Shown here: piece after piece, positions 49,521 through 61,825 of the stretch | Layout: the number at the start of each line of letters is the position of its first letter | Position numbering within the stretch: the first letter of the stretch is position 1 | DNA from: Fistulifera solaris | Taxonomy: Eukaryota | Direction: 5' to 3' | Assembly: GCA_030295235.1 (NCBI GenBank) | Contig: AP026145.1 | Span: forward strand, 558,001 to 622,000 | Length of the DNA stretch: 64,000 bases | Made by a program: the position numbers and the translations under genes | The notes under the pieces: generated by a model | The model's input: the letters and a program-made list of their open reading frames with translations, nothing else | Told to the model about the DNA's origin: nothing | Database searches by the model: none

Positions 49521-50554
49521 CTACGAAAGAGAAGGAAAGGCTTTCTCATCGAGTGGGTTGATACCGCGTCCACCACGTCCTCCTCCACGGCCACCACCGC
49601 GTCCTCCACGTCCACCTTCACGACCGCCTCGGCCTCGACCACGGCCGCCATCGCGACCTCCTCCGCGTCCACCACCATCACGGCCTCGTCCTCCTACGCG
49701 GCCGCCACGTCCTCCGCGATCATTGGCACTACCACTTTCTACTCGGAAACCCAACTCGACCACCGGCTTGTCACCTTCTTCTTCCTTCTTGCTCTTTCCT
49801 CCTTTGCGTTTCTGTTTTCCCGTCGAAAAGTACTCTTCTTCTTCCGCCTTGGCCTTGGCGGCCGCTTTGTTGAAAAAATCTTCGTCCGCGGCCGATCGTT
49901 CCTTGAGAGGAGCGAAAGCTTCATGATCCGGTCGAGCCTTTTGTGCCAAATACTCTTCGTACGACAAGGTGTTGTCTTCGGGTTCCGGTTCCGGCTCGAC
50001 CTCTTCGACGACAGGCGCCGTTTCTTCACCCGCCGCTTCTTGGGCTTCGGCGGTCAATTCGGCCGGATTCTTTTCGTTGCCCCAATTGTGAGCACCGCCA
50101 CCACCTTTTTTGATTTCTTTGCCACGTCCCGTACCCGACTGACGATCGTACGCGCGTTTGCCATCACGGACGGGAGCCCGGCCCCCGCGTCCGAATTTCG
50201 TATTTCGGTCGTTGTTGGAGGGCTTTTTCTGTCAAACAACAGTATGCGTGAGTGAGGGATGAGAAGGGACGTTTCGTGCGTTCCGCTACAACAAGACCTA
50301 CCTTTGATCCGGTTTCGACGGTTCGACTACGGTCGGTGCTGCTTTCTTGGCAGTCGTCGTGGTCGTTTTGGTGGTCGTTGTCTTGGCCTTGGGAGCTTCA
50401 TCGCCCGAGTCATCATCGAGTGCAGCAAAAAGTTCTTTGACTTTAAAATAAAGGAGTCAAACAATACTGGATGTGAGAACGACCAGAAGAAGAAAAAGAA
50501 GAAAACAAGGAACCAACTTTGGGCCTGCCGATGGGTTGATGTCTCACGCACCAT
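49521..50554 (-). CDS. HABP4/PAI-RBP1 (SERBP1/Stm1-like) RGG RNA-binding protein (3 exons)
   Basis: M|SKNFFAALDDDSGDE, KRAYDRQSGTGRGKEIKKGGGGAHNWG, TLSYEEYLAQK, RGG box, DEKAFPSLS; two homopolymer indels. Confidence 0.85.
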
Positions 50555-51268
50555 TTTTGGATTCCCTTTGTATCTTTCTTTAATTGCGAATGAATGTATA
50601 GGTCAATGGAATAAATCAATGTCGCACGGCTGACTCTCTTTCTTGATGGACTGTTTGACTTCTTATTTCTAGGTGTTCTCGATGCAAAAGAGCTTCACCT
50701 TTGATAATAAAACAAGCAGCAAAGTAAACAACAATAATAGCCCGTGTCATACGAGCGGCTCACAACAAACGGTGCCAAAAACTTGAGTTTTGCTCCCTCG
50801 AGCCGAGCGAGAGACGTATGACAGACAGACTTGATTCGGAACCGCAAATCCGTCTACTTCTTGTGCTATAGTACGTCTGTTGTGCAGCCCGATTCGTCAC
50901 GACTGAATTTCCAATCGTGAGACATGGCAGTGATCTATGCATGTGTACGAGAAAGGAATGTTAGCGAGCACAATCAGCTGCATGATATCTGCTTTTAAAG
51001 TGTTAAAAGTAATTTTTAAAAATTATTTGAAGAGCGTCTTTCAGTTGACTTTGTCCGAAACGCAGTTCATCATGAACTTCCCAATGTACTATAGGCCAAA
51101 AGTGTTTTCCGTTTTCACCATGACTGGATTCAGTCATGAGAGCCAGGAAAAGATTTTCTCGTTTTTCGGCGGCACTTTCTTTCGGTCTCGCAGATGAGGA
51201 CCATAATAGCACAAATCATCCAATAGAAAATCAAAACAACGTCTCATCAGAGTGCCCATCATGTCAGC

Positions 51269-54043
51269 ATGTCGACTTTGGACGAGTCCTCGCGCTTACT
51301 TTCGGTAAAGAAGCAAGAAAAAGAAGGAAACGACATGACACCGTTGCGTCGACGCATCCTTTTTGGGACGTTGCTTGTGCTCCTCCTGGCCGGCTTGTCT
51401 CCGGCCTTTCGACCGCATCATGCTAAGAGCGAACCTTTTCCGTCCGACTTTCTCTTTGGTGCGGCAACCAGTGCCTATCAAATAGAAGGTGCCATCGAAT
51501 CGAGAGGATGGACCGTTTGGGATACCTTTGTGCGTCAGACTCCCAATCGGAGCAACGCCAATGTCGCATGCGATCACTATCATCGCATGAAGCAAGACGT
51601 GACACTGATGAAAGACTTGAATCTACAAGCGTACCGATTTTCGATATCCTGGTCAAGGATTCTGCCATCGGGGACGAATAAAACCATACGACAGGAAGGA
51701 CTCGACTTTTACCACCAACTGATCGATGAATTGCTGGAACACAACATAACTCCATTCGTGACATTGTTTCATTGGGATACACCCGAAGGACTGGAAGACC
51801 GGTTCGGTGGTTGGATGGACGAACGCACCGTCCAGGCGTTTGTCGAGTATGCTCGTCTGGCGTTTGCGACCTGGGGCGATCGTGTCAAACACTGGATCAC
51901 CATCAATGAACCATGGACGGTCGCCGTGAATGGATACAGTACGGGCATTCATGCACCAGGGAAGCAGGATGCTACGGCACCGTACCGTGTTGCACACAAT
52001 TTGTTGCGGGCGCATGCCTTGGCGACGCGGGTCTATCGAATGGAGTTTCAGACCCAACAAAAGGGTATCATTGGAATGGCCCATTCGGGTGATTTCCGCT
52101 ACTCGGCGGAGGATAATTCAGCTGCGGCGGAACGGGCTATGCTCTTTCAATTCGGTTGGTTTGTTGATCCTATTGTATTTGGTGATTACCCTCAAGTCAT
52201 GAAAGAACGACTGGGGCATCGTTTGCCAACTATAACGGATGACGAGAGATTACTATTTTTGAGTGCTTCGACCGATTTTCTGGGTTTGAACTACTATTCG
52301 TCACTCGTGGCGTCCACTCCAGAACGAGAAGCAAATTACAGTGGATATTGGGCGGACATTCACGTGGATTTTGCCAGCAAACCGGAGTGGTCTCAAAACT
52401 TCATGGGGTGGAGTGTCGTTCCCGACGGTTTGAGGGAAATGTTACTTTGGATTCACAAACGCTACCATGGTCCTACAATCTATATTACAGAAAATGGATC
52501 CTGTGAAGACGAGCCTAATGTGAATGCAGGAATACAGGACGAGAAACGGCGTTGGTATGTGCAAGAGCACCTTCGGGCCTGCTCGGAAGCTATTAAAGAG
52601 GGCGTAAAATTGGCTGGCTATTTCGTATGGTCTTTGATGGATAATTTCGGTACGTTATTCCATCGCGACGGCTCACATATGCTTAAGTTACTTATAGTGT
52701 TTTTCATGGCTAATTAGAGTGGCAGTTCGGTTATCAGCGGAGATTTGGCATCAATTATGTTGACTTCAAGACACTGGGTCGGACACCCAAATCTTCTGCC
52801 GTGTTTTACCGGGATACGATCGGTGCACGGGGTCGAAATCTGGCCGTAACGACACGTTCAAAAAGCCATCGGACACTCATAGAATCCTCCCGGTCGAGTC
52901 GTCAGATTCCTGACAGAGCTCTTATAGGATACGCTAGTCACAAGCTCGAATCGGTAAGAAATGCTATCTCGCAAGGGGCTAATGTTATAATGTGGTCGTT
53001 TGTCGACTTTCGAGCATCCTTCCATTCTCCAGACTCGTCGACTTCGCCGCATCGGCGCTTTTTGAACGTCAAAAACGTTGTACCGGATACCACATTAGAT
53101 CTTGAAGCGATCAAGATCTTTCTACGCGAGCTCGACCTGGAAGGCCATGGCCACGTTCTGCACATGATTGCGGTGGGTGGATGGAACGGGAAGCACCTCG
53201 ATCCGTTGGTCAGTGCAAAGGAATGGTACGAAGCATTCGACACTCATCTCGGTGATGTATTCGATGGAATTGATTGGGACTTGGAAGGGAACGATGACAT
53301 GAAAAGTATCTACAATACATTTACTTTTGAATGTTTAGATAAAATGGGCGAGATTAGTCGGATGGCTCATGAAGGTAAGGACATCTGGTACCGTGACCGT
53401 CCGCGTTGTTATCAAAATGTTCCCTTATGACAAACTTGGTAACTCAGGTGGCTACGTTGTGTCAATGGCTCCACCACAATCATATCTCGACATTCATGGC
53501 TCTGCTGACTTCAGCAGAGCTGTTAACTCTGACGGACAAAACGCGACCATGGCACAATGATTTTACCTATTTTGGGCGTAACGTATACGCCTACCTTTGC
53601 AGAAATACGGGGCATGGATAGATTTGGTCTCGTTGCAATTTTACGAAAGCTATTCAAGAGCTGCAATGTCGATTCTTGAAGGCGGCATGACTCCTGCTGC
53701 TTATCTGGTTGCTTTTGTCGAAGAATTGGCGTTCACCAATTGCACCTTTCAAGTAAACTTTGATCAAGATCCTGAAGCAAACTTAACGGTGACCAATGTC
53801 TCACTTCCTCTTTCTAAGCTTGTTCTCGGGTTTGCCAATGGGTGGGCAAGCAACGCTGGAAATAAAACGTTATTCGTTCCATCAACAGAAATAAGTTCGG
53901 CATGGGAATCGCTTCGAGCCAAAGATTTGCTACCACGTGGAATGATGTTCTGGATCATTGACGAAGAAGGAACCAATGGTGTCAACATGTCGCATGATCT
54001 CGGTCAGATCCTGGCCGAAGCGTGCGGGACTTCTAAATGCTAA
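51269..54043 (+). CDS. Membrane-anchored GH1 beta-glucosidase fused to a C-terminal GH18-like domain (3 exons)
   Basis: GH1: FLFGAATSAYQIEG, TINEP, YITENG, WSLMDNF|EWQFGY. After intron 52650-52717 the frame runs without a stop into FDGIDWDLEGND (DxxDxDxE); intron 53375-53447; then MAPPQSYLD, LQFYE, KLVLGFANG, GMMFW. Confidence 0.8.
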
Positions 54044-54143
54044 TTTTAAAAAAAAAGAATTTTGTTTTATAGTTTTCGTTATAGCGACTAAAAAGGCTGA
54101 GCCTATGACCACGAAGCACTAGGGAAAATTACCAGCTAAGCAA

Positions 54144-55356
54144 CTATCCACCAGCTTTTTTACAAATCTGAACAATGTCTTCATCCGATAGAATGTGATC
54201 TTTTCCGCACCTTTGAGGTTGATGTTTACAACTTCTACCTGAAAAACGAACAACAACATGAGTGATGTGAATCAATCGTTTCACATTTGTAAGCACGGAT
54301 ACTGCGCACTACACCCTACTTACCCCATACCCACGCATGAGAGAATTCTTGCATGAGACCTCGATGGATTCGATTACAGAACTCTTCAATCGATGGATTT
54401 TCTGCATGTAGAATGACCGGCTCGTCATAGTCGGGGATTTGACCTTTCGGTTTGGTATAAATTCGTAGCATGTTACACCGATCCCAAATCGTATCCATCA
54501 GCTCTTCCAGATTCCACTCATGCTGACTGCTGATGGGGACGTAATTTGGCATCTGGTCTAATATATCCAGTTCTTCAATCGTCAAAGCATCAATTTTGTT
54601 GAATACGTACAGAACTGGAATATAGGCCCGATTACCCTCAATGACATCAATGAACTGATCGACTGTTATATCCTCGCGCAAAATGATTTCCGCACAACTG
54701 ATTCTGTATTCTTTGCAGACCAAACGTGCCACTTCCGCATTCATTCCTTTCGTTTGTTTGACCATTTCTTGATAACTGATACCTCCACCTTCTTTCTTGG
54801 TCAACTTGACATCCGGCGGTTCTTGATTGATGCGTATTCCAAAAGAAAACAATTCCGCTTCAATAATCTTTTTGTGCGTGACGGGCTTGGCTGCATCCAA
54901 GACAATGAGAATCAAATTGCACGTCCGCGCCGTCGAAATGACTTGTCGACCACGACCTTTGCCATCGGCGGCCCCTTCAATGATTCCTGGCAAATCCAGC
55001 ACTTGAATACGAGCTCCACGGTACTTCATTGTACCCGGAATACACGTCAAGGTCGTAAATTCGTACGCGGCCGCTTCCGATTTGGTGCCCGTCAAGGCCG
55101 TCAATAACGTGCTCTTGCCGACGGACGGAAATCCGACCAAACCAATGCGCGTATCACCACTTTTCGTAACATCAAAGCCGCGTCCGGCGTCTTTGGATCC
55201 GGCGGATTTGCCGCCGGGGCCGTTGATGAGTTCCGATTTCAATTTGGCAATCTTGGCTTTGAGCGTCCCTAAATGATAATTGGTGGCTTTGTTCTTTTGT
55301 GTGCGGGCCATTTCGGCCTCCAATTCGGCAATTTTCTTTTGAATGTCTTCGGACAT
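54144..55356 (-). CDS. DRG1: Developmentally regulated GTP-binding protein 1 (2 exons)
   Basis: [61 protein letters not shown] domain; last exon [23 protein letters not shown]. Confidence 0.93.
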
Positions 55357-56065
55357 GATTGTTTGTTTGGTTTGTTGTAAAAAGATAGGAAAGAACGTTA
55401 AAAATGAAGACAGCAAAGTGGAAATAACAATAACGCAATAAATTTTATGCCGCCAAGCCGCCATGGTCGTCGCGAGGGCGAGTTTTTGGTTGAAACTTAT
55501 TCACAGCGCGCAGAGCGCGCGCGACTATATTTCAACGCATTATTCATGACTGAAATGCAGTCGCGCTAAAAGTAGGCTACACTTTGGATCTATAGTGAAA
55601 GTGAATACGGCAGCAAGGATGGACAAAGATTTTCAACGTCAATCATCGACTCCGTTGCCAATGCTGCAACAAGTAACTAGATCTTCATCATGTTCTCACA
55701 TCTAATCTTTACAGCTTAGACTAGGAGAGCAACTATTGTAGTTTAGGAAGCAGTCCGGCTTGGAGGCATGTCAGTTCGTGACTTAATCGGAGAACGCAAG
55801 GTGTTTCGACTCAAGGGGAAAGAATGAATGAAGAAAGGCAATTCTTATGACTTGTTAAAATGCAATCTTTCAAAGTGAATGGACCAGTGTCTTTTTTCGT
55901 CAAAAGAATGTGAGCTGCTCATTACCGCAAGTCGCGGAGCAATGAGGATTATTTTCTGTAATTCTCGGCGACAACCAACCATTCTCGTTGCTTGTTGACT
56001 GTCTTACATAAATTCCTATCCGCCATTGCCTCTTCTTTGGATTTGATTGCACAGTATTCTCTATC

Positions 56066-56454
56066 TTAGCGTGAATACCGGGCAAAACTCAACAAAGATG
56101 TCTTTTGCACGGGTATCAGACTGAACGAGGGCAATTCGGCACCACCACTGGGAAAACCACCCCGATCTTTGGGTCGCACATTGGGATTGATCCCTTGCGC
56201 CGATTGCACGGTATCGTAAATGCATTTTTCCATGGCCAAGGTCCCCAAGGGCAACGCCAACAGTCCGTATACACCCACGGGCGATTTGACCACCGCATCC
56301 ATGACCCGGACGGTCATTCCCTTCTTGTGTCCATAAAGAAAGCCACAAAGGGTACCATGACCGCCGCAAAGGAAATCATCCATTCGTAACCGTTGCGGTC
56401 GTCGTATTCGGAAACGGAGGAGGGACGCGCCATTTCTTCTGTGCTGCTGGTCAT
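56066..56454 (-). CDS. Small membrane hypothetical protein (frameshift ~56335)
   Basis: MTSSTEEMARP...WMISFAAVMVPFVAFF joins YGHKKGMTVRV...RGGFPSGGAELPSFSL with one extra T. Confidence 0.55.
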
Positions 56455-56636
56455 TCTATTTGTCAAAAGCGAACGCTGCTGTCTCTCGGACTGGGTAGCA
56501 AGAAGGGATATCAACGATTCACTAACTCTTAGAATGACGAGTTCGACGATACAACAGAATGTCTCGTCGGAAGTTCATCGTTGCGAAAAGGTCGCGACGC
56601 GATGGAAGGACAAACAAAGCGGAAAAACTTCGCACC

Positions 56637-57180
56637 ACGTCACAACACGGGACTCTCTCTACTATACACCGTAAAAGTAGCTCACTTTTTTTGAAGTGGA
56701 GCCAGAGAAAAATGACGGATGACGTGTACATGACGTCGGTGCTGTCGTGGTCTACTTCTTGTAGAATAGTGTTTCAGACCACTGTAGCTGGAAATGTAGA
56801 AATCGTTCTAGCATCGAAAGATCGAGCGCCGCAACACACACATTTCTGGCTCGATCGTTCTCCGCATTTTCCATTCGACAGCTGCTGCTTGTGGTGGAAA
56901 CATTCTTTCTTTCAAACGATCATCTCTTTTGCAAACAAAAAGATGATGATGATGCGCCGCTGTAGTCGACGACTGCTTTCGTTGAAGCAGCGTCGTGTGT
57001 ATTCCGCAAGCACGCCCGCTTTCGGGGACGCTTTGGACATGGTCGATACGTTCGCCCGTCGTCACAGTAAGTAGGGTTATTCGTGCGGAGCGGCATTCTT
57101 TGGTGGAACGTCACGCCCGTACTGTTCAGTGCAGACAACATGGGATCAGTCGCGGACTTGTGTCAATCACGCGATGACGT
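56637..57180. promoter_or_regulatory. Cluster of TGACGT/ACGTCA (CCRE/bZIP-type) motifs around the GDC-P start
   Basis: Motifs at 56637, 56720, 56731, 57108 and 57175. Confidence 0.55.
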
Positions 57181-60100
57181 AGACATGTATCCTTAATGAA
57201 TTTTCGTGAAAAAATGACCACCTTAGTTTCATCACAAAGTGTAACTTGTCTTGTCGTAATGAATAAACTCAACATCTTCTTTCCCTTCTCTTTTACCATG
57301 ATCAGTCGGTCCTACTCCCGAGGAGGCCAAGAGCATGCTGGCGACGATCGGTTTCGATTCGTTTGACGCCTTGACGAAATCGACCGTTCCGGCCAAGATT
57401 TTGACCTCCAAACCGATGAAATTGGACGCTCCCTTGAGTGAATCGGAAGCCTTGGCGAAATTGAAAGGCATGGCGAGTAAAAATAAAGTCATGAAGTCGT
57501 ACATTGGTACCGGATATTATGATACGCAAGTTCCTCCCGTCATTTTGCGCAATGTATTGGAGAATCCGGGATGGTACACGGCGTATACTCCCTATCAAGC
57601 GGAAATTTCGCAGGGACGTCTCGAAATGTTGTTGAATTTTCAAACACTCGTGGTCGATTTGACTGGGCTTCCCATGGCCGTCGCATCGCTTCTGGACGAG
57701 TCTTCGGCCGCTGCCGAAGCCATGCAAATGGCGTTTGCCCTCAAAGGGAAGAAAGGAACCAAAAATAAATTCTTTATCAGTCAGGACGTTCACCCACAGA
57801 CCATCGGCTTGATTCAAACGCGAGCCAAAGCCATCGGTATTGATGTCATTGTAGGAGATCACTCGCAGTTGGATTTTTCGGGCAAAGATTATTGTGGAGC
57901 CCTGGTGCAATATCCGAATACGTACGGGAGCATTGAATCGCCCGGAGAATCCTACGCGTCGTTTGCGGAGCGAGCGCACGAGGCGGATGCCATGGTGGTG
58001 GCCGCCACGGATTTGATGGCATTGACGAAACTATCGCCGCCTTCCTCGTGGGGTGCAGGTACGTCTCGTTTGTGTATTGTGTTTGTATTGATTTACTTGT
58101 ATCTTTGTGCACTGTCTTACCTTTTTTGATAACATGATAGACATTGCGGTAGGTAGTGCTCAACGTTTTGGTGTTCCCATGGGATTCGGAGGTCCCCATG
58201 CGGGCTTTTTGGCGACTTCGGATAAGTACTCTCGAAAAATGCCCGGTCGTATCATTGGTGTCACCATCGATTCGCAAGGAAAGCCGTGCTTGCGCATGGC
58301 CATGCAAACTCGTGAGCAGCACATTCGTCGTGACAAAGCTACGTCGAATATCTGTACAGCACAAGCTCTTTTGGCGAACATGGCAGCATCGTACGCAATT
58401 TACCATGGTCCGCAGGGACTGACGGATATTTCCTCCCGTATCCATGCTTTGGCCAAAGTAGCTCATCGTGAAATTGGTAAGGCTGGCTTCAAGGTGAGCA
58501 ACGATGCTTTCTTTGATACCTTTACGGTCGATGTTTCATCCAAAGGTATGACGGCAGCGGAGGTGCAAAGTGGGGCGGTTAGTGTTGGTGCCAATGTGCG
58601 CGTCATTGACAACAATACCGTGGGCATTAGTATGGGAGAGGGAATTACCCGCGACGATTTGAAGGCCTTGTTGGAAGGGGCATTCAAAGTCAGCAATTCG
58701 GATCTTACAGCGGACGATTCTGTTAAAAATGTAGATGGCAAGTACGCCCGTGAGGGAGAGATTCTAACCCACCCGATCTTCCGTCAGCACCATTCGGAAA
58801 CGCAAATGCTTCGATATTTGAAAACTTTGGAAAACCGCGATCTTGCACTGAATCACTCCATGATTTCGCTAGGCTCTTGTACCATGAAACTGAATGCTAC
58901 CAGTGAAATGATTCCTGTTACTTGGTCGGAGTTTTGCAACATTCACCCATTTGCTCCAACGGATCAAGTTCTCGGTTACCATGAAATGATTGAAGATTTG
59001 AACAAGGACCTTTCCGAAATTACTGGTTTTGCAGCTGTCAGTGCCCAGCCGAACTCGGGTGCCACTGGTGAATATGCCGGTCTGTTGGCCATCACTGCGT
59101 ACTTGGAGTCCATCGGCGAAGGTCACAGAAACGTGTGTCTCATTCCCAAGTCGGCTCACGGAACCAATCCTGCAAGTGCTGTCATGGCAGGTATGAAGGT
59201 TGTCGTCGTTGAGAATGATGACAATGGAAACATCGATTTCGATGACCTTACGGCCAAAATTAACAAGCACAAGGATCATTTGGCCGCTTTCATGGTGACG
59301 TATCCTTCGACGTTTGGTGTTTTCGAGGAACGAATTGTAGAGGTTTGTGAAGCAATTCATGCTGCCGGTGGACAGGTATACATGGACGGAGCGAACATGA
59401 ATGCTCAAGTCGGTTTGACCAGTCCGGGCCTCATCGGTGCGGATGTATGCCATCTCAATTTGCACAAGGTACGTAGTCTAGCTGATACTCGCAATCATAT
59501 TTGCCGATACAGCTCATACTTTGTGAATTATCATAGACGTTTTGCATTCCTCACGGAGGTGGTGGCCCGGGAGTCGGCTCGATTGGTGTCCGTGAGCACC
59601 TTGCCCCCTTCCTTCCAGGACACTTCCTTGAACCTCAAGCTTCAGGAAAGCTTTGCGGATCTGATTTGTGTGTACCAAAGAAAGAAGGTGCGGTTGCTGG
59701 GGCTCCTTTCGGATCGGCAGCTATCCTTCCTATCTCCTGGATGTATATCAAAATGCTTGGAGCTGAGGGTTTGAAATCTGCGACCGGAAATGCCATCTTG
59801 AACGCGAATTACATGGCCGCTCGGCTGAATGGAGCTTACGACGTCTTGTTTGTTGGCGCGAATGGACAATGTGCACATGAATTCATTCTCGATTTGCGCC
59901 CTCTCAAGGCTGCCACCGGCGTCACGGAAGAGGATGTTGCGAAGCGCTTACAAGACTATGGCTTTCATTCTCCAACCATGTCTTGGCCAGTAGCTGGAAC
60001 TCTGATGGTCGAACCTACAGAATCGGAAGATTTGGCAGAGCTGGATCGTTTCTGTGATGCTATGCTGGCCATTCGAGCCGAAATTGATGACATAGGTGCA

Positions 60101-60349
60101 GGTCGTGTCCCTCTCGAAAACTCTCCGCTAAGGAATGCGCCCCACACTATGGACGTCATTCTTTCGGAGAAGTGGGATCGCCCGTATTCACGTGAAGTAG
60201 CGGCTTATCCGGCTCCTTGGATTCGAACGAACAAGTTTTGGCCAACTTGTGGTCGTGTTGATAATGTTTATGGAGATCGTAATTTGGTGTGTACGTGCCC
60301 ACCCCTGGAAGCTTACGAAGACCCCGAAGATAAGAAGGTTGCCGCTTAA
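56943..60349 (+). CDS. GLDC: Glycine decarboxylase P-protein, mitochondrial (4 exons)
   Basis: [53 protein letters not shown]-lysine [18 protein letters not shown]; introns 57067-57305, ~58059-58140, ~59469-59536. Confidence 0.97.
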
Positions 60350-60533
60350 ATTATCGATCTTTGTATTTCCGAAACGTTAGAATTTTCACAAATTAAAGAA
60401 ACTTTTGCAATTTAATGGGGCTTTTCGTTGCTCGAAAACTAGCTTACCTAGCACACAACCATCGAAACCCACAATTGAAAGGAACTTTGGCTATAATACT
60501 TATTATTGTGCAAAAGGAAGATGATATTATATT

Positions 60534-61347
60534 CTACCCTCTTCGCAAGAACAGTCGTTCTGGGGCGACGGGTGCACTGTCATCGTTTCCGGTAAGGGAG
60601 CCTTTCTTGACAATAGCATATACAACGACAACGACCAACAAAATACAATTGATCATTGCAAAACATTGAATGAAGTGATCAGAAGCCATTCGCTTGCTGA
60701 ATTGCTTGATGAGCGCTTCCGCACGAGCTAAATTGTCATCGAGACGGTCTGTTTCCTTTTCAATGTTCTGAATCACATTGCGCTGGCGCTCCAATTCCTC
60801 GAGCGTTGCTACACCGACTTCCTTCGATGCCGCAATCATATTCTTTGTATTCGCCAAGGAGTCTTGTGTTTTATCCTGTAGCGCTGAAGCTTCTTTTAAC
60901 ATACTGTCACCCGCCTTCACCCCGTCGGCTTCGTTGAATTGTCGTTCCTCGTCGCCGCCATCGGTAAACAACTCACCTCGTGCATTATCCGCTTCTAATG
61001 CCTTACAATCTTGCTGCATGACTTTTAGTTGTTGATCTAAACGATTCAAGCGGGCCTCGTATTCTTTGCGGAGAGCTTGGTCTTGCACCAATCGAATTTC
61101 CATCTTAAACGACCGTTTGCTGCCGGCGGCATCGCGCAGCTTTTTCTTGCAATTATTGATTTCTCGTTTCTTGTCGGCACCTTTCATGTGCGGAATATCC
61201 TCCAGCATGGCGGTAATATGCTGGATATCTTCCGCTAAAATGTCTTCCCAGTATTGAATATCGGACTGGAGGAGAAGGCAACGGTCAGCGATTTTGCACG
61301 ATTCGGGAGGACGGCGTTCTGTTTCGACGGCATTACTTTCTTACCAT
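60534..61347 (-). CDS. Qb-SNARE (Vti1/NPSN-like) (2 exons)
   Basis: Habc-like N-terminus, SNARE motif VGVATLEELERQRNVIQNIEKETDRLDDNLARA, C-terminal TM; ATG is followed immediately by an intron. Confidence 0.8.
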
Positions 61348-61825
61348 TTTGATTTACAAGCGTCGTTCTAGTATAGCAGGAAAACAGAAGGGGGCGCTTC
61401 TTTCACCGTAGACTATAAAAAAGAGAGGATGAAAAGATCAAAATGTTCTAGTCTGTTCTGTTTATGCCGATTGTAACACGCTTATTTGCCGCCGTTTTTT
61501 TTTTTTTTTCATCTCCTCATGGTTGCGGTTCGGGCATCTAGCGGTCATCCGTTGTGTCTTTTTTCGTCACAATGACTTGGAAAGTGCTCAAAACCTCTAG
61601 GACAAATTACGAGCCGCCTTGCAATCTGTGTTTGATTCTACAGTATAAAGGTTAGGGTGATGCAATCCTACGACAGCTATGGTGCAAACTTTTAGTTGGT
61701 CTTAGTATAGGTAAATCGCTTACAAAGTTATGAAGTGATTTATGCAAATAATTAAGTCTAACTGCTAATATCTTCAGCGTGATCCAAATTCCAAAACGTA
61801 AGATAACCACATGTTCTACGGAGCA

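Noticed and set aside
49470..50255. Plus-strand 261-aa and Pro/Arg-rich ORFs
   Set aside because: Antisense shadows of the RGG-box gene.
53558..53560. In-frame TGA as selenocysteine or readthrough in the GH18 domain
   Set aside because: The coherent protein continues in another frame, so it is explained by an upstream indel.
57067..57305. Glycine/TPP riboswitch or snoRNA in the long GDC-P intron
   Set aside because: No recognisable riboswitch core or paired C/D boxes by eye; an Infernal/Rfam scan would settle it.
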